From positions 2,624,001 through 2,688,000 of the forward strand of contig OY969934.1 of assembly GCA_963704725.1 (NCBI GenBank): 64,000 nt of DNA. Direction: 5' to 3'. The stretch's first letter is position 1. Each line of letters starts with the position of its first letter. The stretch comes from an uncultured Actinomycetes bacterium. GTDB lineage: Bacteria; Actinomycetota; UBA4738; HRBIN12. The position numbers were made by a program, and so were the translations under genes. This document shows, one piece after another, positions 1 through 8,684 of the stretch. The notes beneath the pieces were generated by a model. It saw nothing but the letters and a program-made list of their open reading frames with translations, was not told the origin of the DNA and searched no databases.

Positions 1-117
1 CGGGTACCGATACCCGCACGACCGGCAGGCCAGGATCTGCTCCGCCTCGAGGTAGTCGAGCTCCCCGCGATCGTTCGGGCAGACGAGGATCTCGAGCAGC
101 TCGGGATCGAGACTCAC
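1..117 (-). CDS. Trm112/YcaR family protein (partial, runs off window)
   Basis: Manual translation MSLDPELLEILVCPNDRGELDYLEAEQILACRSCGYRYP; GTG start overlaps the upstream stop (GTGA). Confidence 0.85.
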   Translation of the reverse strand, partial: MSLDPELLEILVCPNDRGELDYLEAEQILACRSCGYRYP

Positions 118-1478
118 GCTCCCCCTCCTTCGCTCCGGATCAGGCCGAGGACCCGATCCGTCTCGGTCCGCAGGAGCTCCTCGGTCCTGGCCTCCACGTT
201 CAGGCGCAGCAGCGGCTCCGTGTTGCTCGGCCGCACGTTGAACCACCAGTCGTCGAACTCTACCGTCAGCCCGTCCGTGCGATCCTGGCGGCCGTCCGCG
301 AACGTGGCGGCGATCTCCTCGATCTTGCCCGCCTGGTCCTCGACGCGGCTGTTGATCTCGCCGGAGGCCGCGTACCGCCGGTACGGCGCGAGGACCTCGG
401 ACAGCGGTTGCTCGCGGATCGAGAGTCGCTCGAGCACCATGAGCGCCGCGATCAGACCCGAATCCGCCCGGTAGTTGTCACGGAAGTAGTAATGGCCGGA
501 GTGCTCCCCCCCGAAGGCCGCGCCCGTCTCCGCCATGATCTGCTTGATGTAGGAGTGGCCGACGCGCGTCCGTACGGGCGTGCCACCGTGCTCCCGGATC
601 ACCTCCGGCACGGTCCACGAACAGATCAGGTTGTACACGATCGGCGCACCGGGATGACGCTCGAGCATGGCCTCCGCCACCAGCGCCGTCACGAGCGATC
701 CGCTCACGCCGTCGGCCCTCTCGTCGACGAGGAAGACACGATCCGCGTCGCCGTCGAACGCGAGCCCCACGTCCGCGCCGTTCGCGAGGACCTCGCGCTT
801 CAGGTCGACCTGGTTCTTCGGGTCGATCGGATCCGCCGGGTGGTTGGGGAAGGTCCCGTCAAGCTCGGCGAACAGGTACACCAGCCGCAGGGGCAGCCGG
901 CTGAAGACGGCCGGGGCGACCAGCCCGCCCATGCCGTTGGCGGTGTCGGCCACCACCGTGAGCGGACGGAGGCGCTCGACGTCGACGAACGACAGGACGT
1001 GGTCGGCATAGGCGTCGAGGAGGTCGCGGCGCTCGATCCGACCGGGCGCGACGGCGGGCGAGGCCTCGTCGCGCTCGGCCCGCTCCCGGATCTTCTCGAG
1101 CCCGGTCCCCTCGGCCACGGGGGTGGCCCCCGGCAGGCAGAACTTCAGCCCGTTGTAGCGGGGCGGGTTGTGGCTCGCGGTGAGCATCACCCCCCCGACG
1201 TCGAGCGAGCCCGAGGCGAAGTACAGCAGGTCGGTGGAGGCGAGGCCGAGATCGATCACGTCGGCGCCGCGTGAGGCGATGCCCTCCCGGACGGCCGCCG
1301 ACAGCGCGGGCGAGGAGAGGCGGCAGTCGTACCCGACCGCGATCGTGCGAACCCCCGACCATTCCGCGAACGCCGCGCCGATGGCTCGGGCGGCGACCTC
1401 GTCGAGCTCGTCGGGGACGACGCCGCGGACGTCGTAGGCCTTGAAGACGGAGCTGAGATCGCGAGGGGGCACGGTCAC
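114..1478 (-). CDS. manB: phosphomannomutase/phosphoglucomutase
   Basis: FKAYDVRG, TASHNP, DGDADR, GGEHSGH and RPSNTEP motifs. Confidence 0.93.
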   Translation of the reverse strand: MTVPPRDLSSVFKAYDVRGVVPDELDEVAARAIGAAFAEWSGVRTIAVGYDCRLSSPALSAAVREGIASRGADVIDLGLASTDLLYFASGSLDVGGVMLTASHNPPRYNGLKFCLPGATPVAEGTGLEKIRERAERDEASPAVAPGRIERRDLLDAYADHVLSFVDVERLRPLTVVADTANGMGGLVAPAVFSRLPLRLVYLFAELDGTFPNHPADPIDPKNQVDLKREVLANGADVGLAFDGDADRVFLVDERADGVSGSLVTALVAEAMLERHPGAPIVYNLICSWTVPEVIREHGGTPVRTRVGHSYIKQIMAETGAAFGGEHSGHYYFRDNYRADSGLIAALMVLERLSIREQPLSEVLAPYRRYAASGEINSRVEDQAGKIEEIAATFADGRQDRTDGLTVEFDDWWFNVRPSNTEPLLRLNVEARTEELLRTETDRVLGLIRSEGGGA

Positions 1479-1554
1479 GGCATCCTACTGAAGCGTCGGA
1501 TGGCCGTGGGTCGAGGCAGCCGCCCGTACCCGGCGGCGCCCTCGGTGGCCGAGC

Positions 1555-1746
1555 CTAGGCCCGCTGGGCGAGCACGTTGCCGATGACCGACTGGAGCGGC
1601 ACGGCCTCCCCGTCCCGGTACCACCACTTGGCCTCGCACATGTGGCAGGTGGTGAAGGACAGGTCGCTGCCGCTGACGGTCATCGTGATGCTGATGAGAT
1701 CACCGTGGTTGCACACGGGGCAGGAGCCCTGGACGTTCGATTCCAT
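1555..1746 (-). CDS. small zinc-ribbon protein
   Basis: CPVC...CHMC motif; ATG 6 nt after a CAGGAT -10-like hexamer. Confidence 0.65.
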   Translation of the reverse strand: MESNVQGSCPVCNHGDLISITMTVSGSDLSFTTCHMCEAKWWYRDGEAVPLQSVIGNVLAQRA

Positions 1747-1899
1747 GCCCATATCCTGGGGCACGAGGCTTCCGCGGCCCATAGCACGCCACGGTCATTT
1801 GTGGTCATCCGGTGGGGTCAGGAGGTGGGTCGGTCGGCTCGCGGCATGGGTCATCACCCCGGTCTCCGCGAGCCCGGGGGCAGGGGGAGGCCGAAGGTC

Positions 1900-2103
1900 T
1901 CAGGCCGGCAGCCGGACCTGCTCCCGAACGATCCTCCAGCCCATCGGCGCCGTCAGGCCCTCGGCGTGCTCCCGGCACAGATCCACGAGGTTGGGATCGT
2001 GCTCGGGCGTCAGCTCGCCGACGAGCACCTCGCGGTCTTCATAGCGGAGGGCGGCCGTTAGCGAGGCCAGAGAACCACATCGCGGTTTCGCACACGTGCG
2101 CAC
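1900..2103 (-). CDS. DUF3499 family protein
   Basis: RTCAKPRC...DLCREHAEGLTAPMGW pattern; usual actinobacterial position between manB and whiB. Confidence 0.85.
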   Translation of the reverse strand: MRTCAKPRCGSLASLTAALRYEDREVLVGELTPEHDPNLVDLCREHAEGLTAPMGWRIVREQVRLPA

Positions 2104-2109
2104 GCGGCG

Positions 2110-2137
2110 ATGCTAGATCACACAGGTGTGATTTCAA
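2110..2137 (-). promoter_or_regulatory. leaderless promoter (TTGAAA-N16-TAGCAT) overlapped by palindrome ATCACAC-AG-GTGTGAT
   Basis: -10 lies 6 nt before the DUF3499 GTG; palindrome at 2117-2132. Confidence 0.6.
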
Positions 2138-2167
2138 GCCTTTCCCGATCCCGCGTGCCGGTCCCCG

Positions 2168-3265
2168 CTACGGCTTGACGATGACGCGGGTCCCGATGGG
2201 GACGTGGGGATACAGCGCCTCGGAGTCCTGGACGTGCATCCGGATGCAGCCGTGCGAGGCCGCGGTCCCGATCGAGGAGTCGTCCCAGGTCCCGTGGATG
2301 CGGATCCCGGGCGCGTTCAGGTACATGGCCCGCGTCCCCAGTGGGTTGCCCGGTCCGGGCCCGATCGAGGCGGGCAAGCCCGCACCCCAAGTGTCGAGGG
2401 CGGGGTTGTACCAGGTGGGGTTCTCCACCTTGTTCACGATCTCGAACGTCCCGACGGGGGTGGGGTACTGCGGGGTGCCGGTGGCCACCCGGTACTGACG
2501 CTTCACCTTGAGGCCGTCGTAGAGCTGCAGCGTGTTGTCGGAGATGTCCACCACGATGGACTTGCCCAGGGATGCCGTCGTCACCTCGGGCGCCAAAGCC
2601 CGGGTCGGAACGTCCACGGTGTCCCCCTGGTGGGCAAGCGCCCGCATGATGACCTGCACGGCGACGCCGGACTTGAGCTCGACCCCCGTCTGCGACCGCC
2701 GGGTGACCAGCTCGCCGTCCTCGAGCACGAACCGCGCGTCCACGGGCTCGACCGCGACCTCCGTGGCCGCCTGCCGGACGAACGCGTCGACCGCCGCTTG
2801 GTCGTACGCGAACTCGAGGTCGAAGCTCCGCTCGATGGGCTCGTCGGCGATCCGGTGGTAGACGCGGGAGAACAGCGACAGGTCGTCGGCCAGCGCGAGG
2901 GCCTGGTCGACCGCCGCGTCGACGTCCGCCGACACGCCGAGGTCGGCCGCGGTGAGCTCCCACGACCGGTCTCCGGCGTGCACCGTCACCGAGCCGGATA
3001 GGCGCAGATCGGCCTGCTCCTGGACGCGGCGCATCGCGGCGTCCCGGGTCAGGTCACCGACGTCCACGCCGGCCACCGAGACCCCGGGCAGGATCCGGCC
3101 GGAGGCCGACCGGTCGTACCGGTACGCGGCGTAGGCGGTGCCGCCCCCCAGGAGCGCGAACACGCCGAGGCAGACGAGGAGGATCTTCCATCCCCGTCCA
3201 GCCCTGCGCTTGTGTCGTGCGGCCACGTGCTCGTCCCCTCGGTCGGGTCCTCGGCGAACCTCCAT
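2168..3265 (-). CDS. L,D-transpeptidase with peptidoglycan-binding domain
   Basis: N-terminal TM; GNPLG; IHGT...SHGCIRM YkuD catalytic motif; start reassigned within a longer ORF. Confidence 0.9.
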   Translation of the reverse strand: MEVRRGPDRGDEHVAARHKRRAGRGWKILLVCLGVFALLGGGTAYAAYRYDRSASGRILPGVSVAGVDVGDLTRDAAMRRVQEQADLRLSGSVTVHAGDRSWELTAADLGVSADVDAAVDQALALADDLSLFSRVYHRIADEPIERSFDLEFAYDQAAVDAFVRQAATEVAVEPVDARFVLEDGELVTRRSQTGVELKSGVAVQVIMRALAHQGDTVDVPTRALAPEVTTASLGKSIVVDISDNTLQLYDGLKVKRQYRVATGTPQYPTPVGTFEIVNKVENPTWYNPALDTWGAGLPASIGPGPGNPLGTRAMYLNAPGIRIHGTWDDSSIGTAASHGCIRMHVQDSEALYPHVPIGTRVIVKP

Positions 3266-3288
3266 GATAGGAGAGCCGAGCGATTCGT

Positions 3289-4659
3289 CTACGCCGGCAG
3301 CCAATCGTCGGGGATCGGGATCCCCAGGGCGACGGCGTAGGAAGCGAAACCCTCTCGCCCGAGGGAGTAGGACGCCGCCGCAGGCACGAAGGTTCCCGAG
3401 CTGGCGACGGCGATCACCGCTCCCTGCGGGGCGGCCTGCACGAACTCCGCCGGCGCCGTGGCCGTGCGGCCGGCGGGCACGGAGATCGAGACCTCCGGGC
3501 CGGCGGCGCCCAGGTACGTGAGCGTGACCTCCGCCGCCTCGGATCCGGGATTGGAGAGCACGAGCCCCGGGTGCGACGGCGCGCCGGCCACCGCGGGCAG
3601 GACCAGCCAGGCCGTCCCAGGCGCGGCGCCGTTCGAGGCCGCTTGGTCCGAGGTCTGGCCGAACGTCCGACGGGAGGCCGCGAGCCCGGGCGCGTCCGCC
3701 AAGAGCGAGATCGACGTGGGCCCGGACGTCGTCGAGGTGAACGTCCGTCCGGATTCGGGAGGCGGCGGCGAGTCGTCGACGCCGGCGAAGGGCCGGGCGG
3801 CCTCCTTCTCCTGCAGCTCCGCGCCGAGCGCGATGCGCTCGAGCCCGGTGTTCATGACCACGAGGTCCGTGCGGCCGGCGTCGGCGCCGCCGGGGAACGC
3901 GAGGCGTTCGGGAGGGGTGCCCAGATACCCGATCGCCGAGCGGATCCCCCCCGTCGTCGTCACGCCGAGCGTCGCGGCGGCGACCCGGCCGACCGACGCC
4001 TCGACGAGCGCCGAGACGGTTCGCTCTCCCTTCACCACGTTGAGTCGGACCACCCGGCTCCGGTAGGCCCCGATCTCCATGTCGGTGAGCCGGCCGTAGA
4101 TCACCGGTTCGTTGCGTTCGGAGTACAGGACGACCGACACGACGGCGGAGCGCGCGAAGGGGTTCATCACCACCACCGAGTCCTCGTCGGCGTCCGTCTC
4201 GGTCGTGCCGTCGGGCAGGAGCCAGCGGGTCCCGGCCGCCGGCGCGCAGGGCTCCGCCGCGACGCCGCCCTCGCCGCCGCCGGCGTGCGCGACCCATCCC
4301 ACGGCCACCCACTGGTCGAACCACTCGACCATCGACGCGCGTTCGCGCCCCTCGGCGGGCACCGGCACGCGCAGGAGGGAGCGCGGCTCGACGGTCATCG
4401 TCTGCGGCGCGGTCGGTCGCGTCGCGCCGAGCGTGCGAACGCGGATCGTCGCCGGCCGGTCCCCCGGGTTCGCCACCTGGAGGACCACCTCCCAGTCCGA
4501 CGCGCCGCCGCCGTGTGGGCAGAACCACTCGCCGGAGGCGGCCGCTGAGGGTGCGGCCGTGCCGGGGGCTCGCGGCCCGAGCTCGCGGTCGGCGTAGGCG
4601 GCGCCGCCGACGAGCAGCGCGAGGATGACGATCGCGGTGAGCACCTGGAGGCGCCTCAT
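3289..4659 (-). CDS. DUF5719-like secreted/membrane protein
   Basis: Signal/TM at MRRLQVLTAIV, WFCP and repeated V(A/M)NP segments; coupled to the upstream GT2. Confidence 0.65.
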   Translation of the reverse strand: MRRLQVLTAIVILALLVGGAAYADRELGPRAPGTAAPSAAASGEWFCPHGGGASDWEVVLQVANPGDRPATIRVRTLGATRPTAPQTMTVEPRSLLRVPVPAEGRERASMVEWFDQWVAVGWVAHAGGGEGGVAAEPCAPAAGTRWLLPDGTTETDADEDSVVVMNPFARSAVVSVVLYSERNEPVIYGRLTDMEIGAYRSRVVRLNVVKGERTVSALVEASVGRVAAATLGVTTTGGIRSAIGYLGTPPERLAFPGGADAGRTDLVVMNTGLERIALGAELQEKEAARPFAGVDDSPPPPESGRTFTSTTSGPTSISLLADAPGLAASRRTFGQTSDQAASNGAAPGTAWLVLPAVAGAPSHPGLVLSNPGSEAAEVTLTYLGAAGPEVSISVPAGRTATAPAEFVQAAPQGAVIAVASSGTFVPAAASYSLGREGFASYAVALGIPIPDDWLPA

Positions 4660-7600
4660 GCCGAACCGGGCTTCCTCGTGATCCACAGCGCGGCGATCCA
4701 CAGCACGCCCAGCACCGACATCTCGAGCGTGCGGACCCACTGCGCCGCATAGAAGAAGGAGACCTCGCCCGGCTCGAGCGCGGCCGAGACCGCCCAGCCG
4801 AACCCCCGGCGGGGCGCGACCTGCCGGTCCCCGTCGCGCACCCGCCAGCCCGGGTCGAACTGATCGGCCGCGACGATCTCGGCCGGGGCGACGACCGAGA
4901 CTCGCTCGCCCGCATCGGGCGGGGCGATGCGTTCGACGGCCACCACGGGCCGGGCGCCGATCGCCGCCGGGTCGGTCGTCTCGGTGCTCGAGGTCCACGC
5001 CGGGTCCGTCGCCACGAACGCCGTGGGCAGCTCGGCCGCGTTCCGGTAGATCGTGAGCCCGCCGGCGGGGACGCGGTCCAGGTCCGCCTGCGCATCGAGC
5101 CGCGACTGGACGGGCCCCGGCAGGTCGCCGGCCTCCGCCACCACGAAGCGGACGCCGAGCGAGCCGAGCATCGATCCGGCGTGGGCGGTCTGGCCGGCCA
5201 CGAGCTCCTCCAGGGCGTCGTTGGCCAGGTCGTAGCCGGGACCGTAGGCGGGCCGTCCGGTGTCGAGCGCGGTGATGCCGTGCCGGTCGGTGAGGGCGAA
5301 GCGCACGCTCGCGTCGCCGGCCTCCACGATGCCAAGGGGGTCGCCCCCCGGGGCGGGGAACCGGCTCCCCGTTGGATCGCCGATCCACAGGATCCGGAAG
5401 TCGCCCGGGGCGGTCGAGTCGATGACCGGCCACGCGGGAGGGAGACCGTTCGGATGGACCTCCCATTCGGCCAACGTCACCTGAAGGGCCTGCGCGCCGA
5501 TCCCCGTGAAGAGCACGACGGCGAGCAGGGCCGACCCGAGCTGTCGCGCTCCGAAGGACTGCTGCTCGAGCCCGGTGACCAGACCCGGCGCCCCGTATGC
5601 GACGAGCGCCGCCTCGGCGAAGGCCGCCGTCACCAGGTAGACGGGGGCGTTCGACAGGAAGTCCGGGAGGTAGCCGGCTGCGGAGAGCCACCCGAGCGTG
5701 GTAGCGGCCACCGCCACCGACATGGCCCGCCAGGCCCGGCCCCGGTGCGCCCGCTCGACGGCGGCGAAGCAGATCAGGGCGGAGAGAGGAAGGAACGCCG
5801 CCAGCGCCCAGGAGCCCGGGCCGTGCCCCGGGGCGAGGCGAAGGACCGACCACGGATCGTCCGTGCCCACGACGGAGCCGAGCGACGCCCCCGGATCCGA
5901 AAGGAGATCGCCCACGACGGGGAAGACGAGCAGCGCCGCCGAGACCGCGCCCAGCACGGTTAGGCCAACCCCCCGGTCGCGCCGGCGAGCGCCGAGCACG
6001 TGGGCCGCCCCGAACAACCCGACGCCGAGCAGGAGGCCCGGCTCGAACGCGGCGCCGACCGCCACCGCGACGCCGAGGCTCACCCCGAAGCGGATCGCGT
6101 GTTCGGGCCGCCGGCGACCGAAGGCGCCGTCGAGCCGGTCCCACACCACGGGGAGCGCGGCCAGGGCCACGAGCAGGTCGATCCGCCCTTCCGAGAACGC
6201 CCACAGGGCGGCGCCCGACAGGATGTACGCGGCCGCGGCGACCACGGCGCTGGCGGGCCTGCCGGTCTGACGGACGAAGGCGCGGTACGCGAGGATCGCG
6301 GCCAGGGGCGGGAGCGCCCCGAGCACGATCTTGATCGCGAGGGCCGTGTTCCCAGCCGAGAGCCACGATACGGCGCCGAGCACGGCCAGGGACGGGCTGG
6401 CCGGCTGAGCTCCGCCCAGGACCGTGGTTCGCACACCCGACAGCAGCTCGTGGAAGAAGTCCCGCGTGGCGGGCGGAAACGCGGCGAGCGCGCCCCCGGC
6501 GAGCGTCTCGGGCCCGACGAAGTGACGCACCGCGAGGGCGCCGAGGACGATCCCCACCGTCGAGGCGATCAGGACGGGGTGGCCGATGGCTACCGAGGCG
6601 GCCCGCCGCGAGAGCTGCCGGCCCGCCTCGGGCTCCTCGTCGAGCGCGCCCTCGAACCCCTCCTCCAGGAACTCCTCGGCGCGCTCGAACCATCGCGGGA
6701 GGCGGAACGTGGAGGCCATGAACCGCCGGACCGTCCCATCGCGCACCGATCGGACGGACTGGGCCCGTACGCGCCGGCGGATCGTCCCGGGGAGGTGCAC
6801 GAGGTTCCACCCCCAGCCGGCCAGCAGGTCGAACGCGTCCTCGAACCGCCGGGACACGGCGAGGAACGCCAGTCGCGCTACGCCCAGCACGGCGTACACC
6901 GGGAGGAGCCAGATCAGCGTGAACAGGCCGTAGTCCTTGAGCATGGAGGCGAGGCCCGCCCGCTCGGCGTAGTAGCGCGTGCTGCGCCGGCGATGCTCCA
7001 CGGGGCGCTCGCCGCGCGCCGTGGCCTCGCGGTGGCGCGCCACGGCGAGCGGCGTCATCAGCACGCGAAAGCCGGCCAGCCGGGCCCGCCAGCAGAAGTC
7101 CAGGTCGTCGTGGTGGCCGGCGTATCGCTCGTCGAATGGGCCGGTGCGCTGCCAGGCCTCCCGCGAGACCAGCATCGCGCAGCTCGACACGAACAGGACC
7201 TCCAGGACCCGGTCGTACTGCCCCTGGTCGCGCTCGCCCTCCTGCAGCGGCGTGTAGGGGTGGCCGAACCGGTCGGTGGAACGCCCAACCTCGCGGAGCA
7301 GTCGGGGGTCCTCCCAGTCCACGACCTTGGGTCCGACGATGCCGACCTGCTCCACGCCGGCGATCCCCTCCGCGGCCTCCACCATCCTGGCCACGGCGTC
7401 CGGCGCGAGCGCGGTGTCGTCGTGCAGGATCAGCAGGTAGTCCGCGGCGCGCGCGGCCGAGAGCTCGCTCGCCGCGCGCATCGCTCCGGCCAGGCCGCCG
7501 TTCTCCTCCAGCCGGATGACGCGTCGCTCGCCGAGAGCCTGCTCCAGGAGCTCGCGCGTCCCGTCGGTCGACGCGTTGTCGACGGCGACCACACCGAGAC

Positions 7601-7739
7601 GCGAGTGCGATTGGTTCGCGAGCGACTGCAGGCAGCCACGCAGCCATCCGGAAGCGTCCCGCGCGACGAGCACGACGAGGACGCTCGGGTTCCGGACGGC
7701 GTCGCTGGCGGCGGGTCGTTCTGCGTGCGTCGTGGCCAT
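4656..7739 (-). CDS. GT2 glycosyltransferase fused to large membrane domain
   Basis: VDNASTDG, LHDD, DLDFCWRARLAG motifs; many TM helices in the C-terminal part. Confidence 0.88.
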   Translation of the reverse strand: MATTHAERPAASDAVRNPSVLVVLVARDASGWLRGCLQSLANQSHSRLGVVAVDNASTDGTRELLEQALGERRVIRLEENGGLAGAMRAASELSAARAADYLLILHDDTALAPDAVARMVEAAEGIAGVEQVGIVGPKVVDWEDPRLLREVGRSTDRFGHPYTPLQEGERDQGQYDRVLEVLFVSSCAMLVSREAWQRTGPFDERYAGHHDDLDFCWRARLAGFRVLMTPLAVARHREATARGERPVEHRRRSTRYYAERAGLASMLKDYGLFTLIWLLPVYAVLGVARLAFLAVSRRFEDAFDLLAGWGWNLVHLPGTIRRRVRAQSVRSVRDGTVRRFMASTFRLPRWFERAEEFLEEGFEGALDEEPEAGRQLSRRAASVAIGHPVLIASTVGIVLGALAVRHFVGPETLAGGALAAFPPATRDFFHELLSGVRTTVLGGAQPASPSLAVLGAVSWLSAGNTALAIKIVLGALPPLAAILAYRAFVRQTGRPASAVVAAAAYILSGAALWAFSEGRIDLLVALAALPVVWDRLDGAFGRRRPEHAIRFGVSLGVAVAVGAAFEPGLLLGVGLFGAAHVLGARRRDRGVGLTVLGAVSAALLVFPVVGDLLSDPGASLGSVVGTDDPWSVLRLAPGHGPGSWALAAFLPLSALICFAAVERAHRGRAWRAMSVAVAATTLGWLSAAGYLPDFLSNAPVYLVTAAFAEAALVAYGAPGLVTGLEQQSFGARQLGSALLAVVLFTGIGAQALQVTLAEWEVHPNGLPPAWPVIDSTAPGDFRILWIGDPTGSRFPAPGGDPLGIVEAGDASVRFALTDRHGITALDTGRPAYGPGYDLANDALEELVAGQTAHAGSMLGSLGVRFVVAEAGDLPGPVQSRLDAQADLDRVPAGGLTIYRNAAELPTAFVATDPAWTSSTETTDPAAIGARPVVAVERIAPPDAGERVSVVAPAEIVAADQFDPGWRVRDGDRQVAPRRGFGWAVSAALEPGEVSFFYAAQWVRTLEMSVLGVLWIAALWITRKPGSA

Positions 7740-7793
7740 GAGGGTGCGCGAGAGCGCGGCGGCGAGCCTAGCACGCGCCCGTGGCGGAAACGG

Positions 7794-7820
7794 GGAAGGG
7801 GGGCTGCGCGCCCCCCTTCC
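7794..7820 (-). terminator. intrinsic terminator-like hairpin
   Basis: GGAAGGGGGGC/GCCCCCCTTCC stem just downstream of the histone-like gene; short T run on the minus strand. Confidence 0.6.
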
Positions 7821-7844
7821 GAACCGTCGTTCGTGCGAGCAGGC

Positions 7845-8201
7845 CTACCGCTTGGCGGCGGTCCGCTTGCGGGCCGCCGGCTTGCGCGCGGAGGTCCGCT
7901 TCTTGGCGGTCGACTTGCGCGCCGCGGGCTTGCGCGCCGCGGGCTTGCGTGCCGCCGGCTTCCGCGTGGTCCGCTTCTTGGCGGTCGACTTGCGGGCCGC
8001 GGGCTTGCGGGCCGCCGGCTTCCGCGCGGCGGTCTTCCGCTTCGCGGTCGTCTTCTTCTTGGCGGTCGACTTCCTCGCGGTCGTCTTGCGAGCCGCCGGC
8101 TTCCGCGCGGCGGTCTTCCGCTTCGCGGTCGTCTTCTTGGCCGCCGGCTTCCGGGCGGCAGTCTTCCGCTTCGCTGTCGACTTCTTCCTCGCTGGGGACA
8201 T
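7845..8201 (-). CDS. histone H1-like basic repeat protein
   Basis: 118 aa almost entirely K/R/A/T/P with ARKPA and KSTAKK repeats; SD AAGGGG; GC3-rich codons. Confidence 0.8.
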   Translation of the reverse strand: MSPARKKSTAKRKTAARKPAAKKTTAKRKTAARKPAARKTTARKSTAKKKTTAKRKTAARKPAARKPAARKSTAKKRTTRKPAARKPAARKPAARKSTAKKRTSARKPAARKRTAAKR

Positions 8202-8223
8202 CGGTCACCCCCTTCCCATCCGC

Positions 8224-8451
8224 TCAGGACGCCATGCGCTTCAGGCGTCTCCGTTCCCGTTCGCTCATGGCGCCCCACACTCCGTATCGCTCGTCGCGGC
8301 GGAGCGCGTAGTTCAGGCACTCGATGCGAACGGGGCAGTCAGCGCAGATCCGCTTGGCCTCCCTCGATGACCCTCCCTTCTCGGGGAAGAAGACCTCGGG
8401 GTCGTGCTCGCGGCACCGCGCCCGTTCTTGCCACGGGATGTAGTGATGCAC
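8224..8451 (-). CDS. whiB: WhiB-family Fe-S transcriptional regulator (WhiB2-like)
   Basis: WQERARC...FFPEKGGSSREAKRICADCPVRIECL...GVWG. Confidence 0.93.
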   Translation of the reverse strand: MHHYIPWQERARCREHDPEVFFPEKGGSSREAKRICADCPVRIECLNYALRRDERYGVWGAMSERERRRLKRMAS

Positions 8452-8464
8452 CGTCTCTCCCCCC

Positions 8465-8488
8465 CAGAATCACACGCTTGTGATTCTG
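8465..8488. promoter_or_regulatory. inverted repeat CAGAATCACA-CGCT-TGTGATTCTG upstream of whiB
   Basis: Perfect 10-bp arms; core matches the 2117-2132 palindrome. Confidence 0.55.
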
Positions 8489-8619
8489 CGGCATCCGTTC
8501 CCTCCTTGACAAGAGGGAAACCCGAGATCCGGAGCACCTCAACATGCGTTCCCCACATGAATGGAATACAGGCGCAACGCGATGTGCAAGGGCTCTCCCC
8601 CAGAAATGTCGCAGTAAAC

Positions 8620-8644
8620 GAGATTGACCAGAATGGTCAATCTC
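8620..8644. promoter_or_regulatory. AT-rich inverted repeat GAGATTGACCA-GAA-TGGTCAATCTC (operator or fbiC terminator)
   Basis: Perfect 11-bp arms in the fbiC-whiB intergenic region. Confidence 0.45.
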
Positions 8645-8684
8645 ATTGATGGACTCGCCCTCAGAACGCACCGAGCGGTGCTGT

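Noticed and set aside
2168-7647. 1055-aa and 1452-aa fusion ORFs
   Set aside because: The N-terminal parts overlap real genes in other frames; only the C-terminal parts are coding
7845-8201. CRISPR or non-coding tandem repeat
   Set aside because: Repeats are in-frame multiples of 3 encoding ARKPA units, with no spacers
8465-8488. CRP site
   Set aside because: Half-sites are in the opposite order (TCACA-N4-TGTGA) to CRP's TGTGA-N6-TCACA
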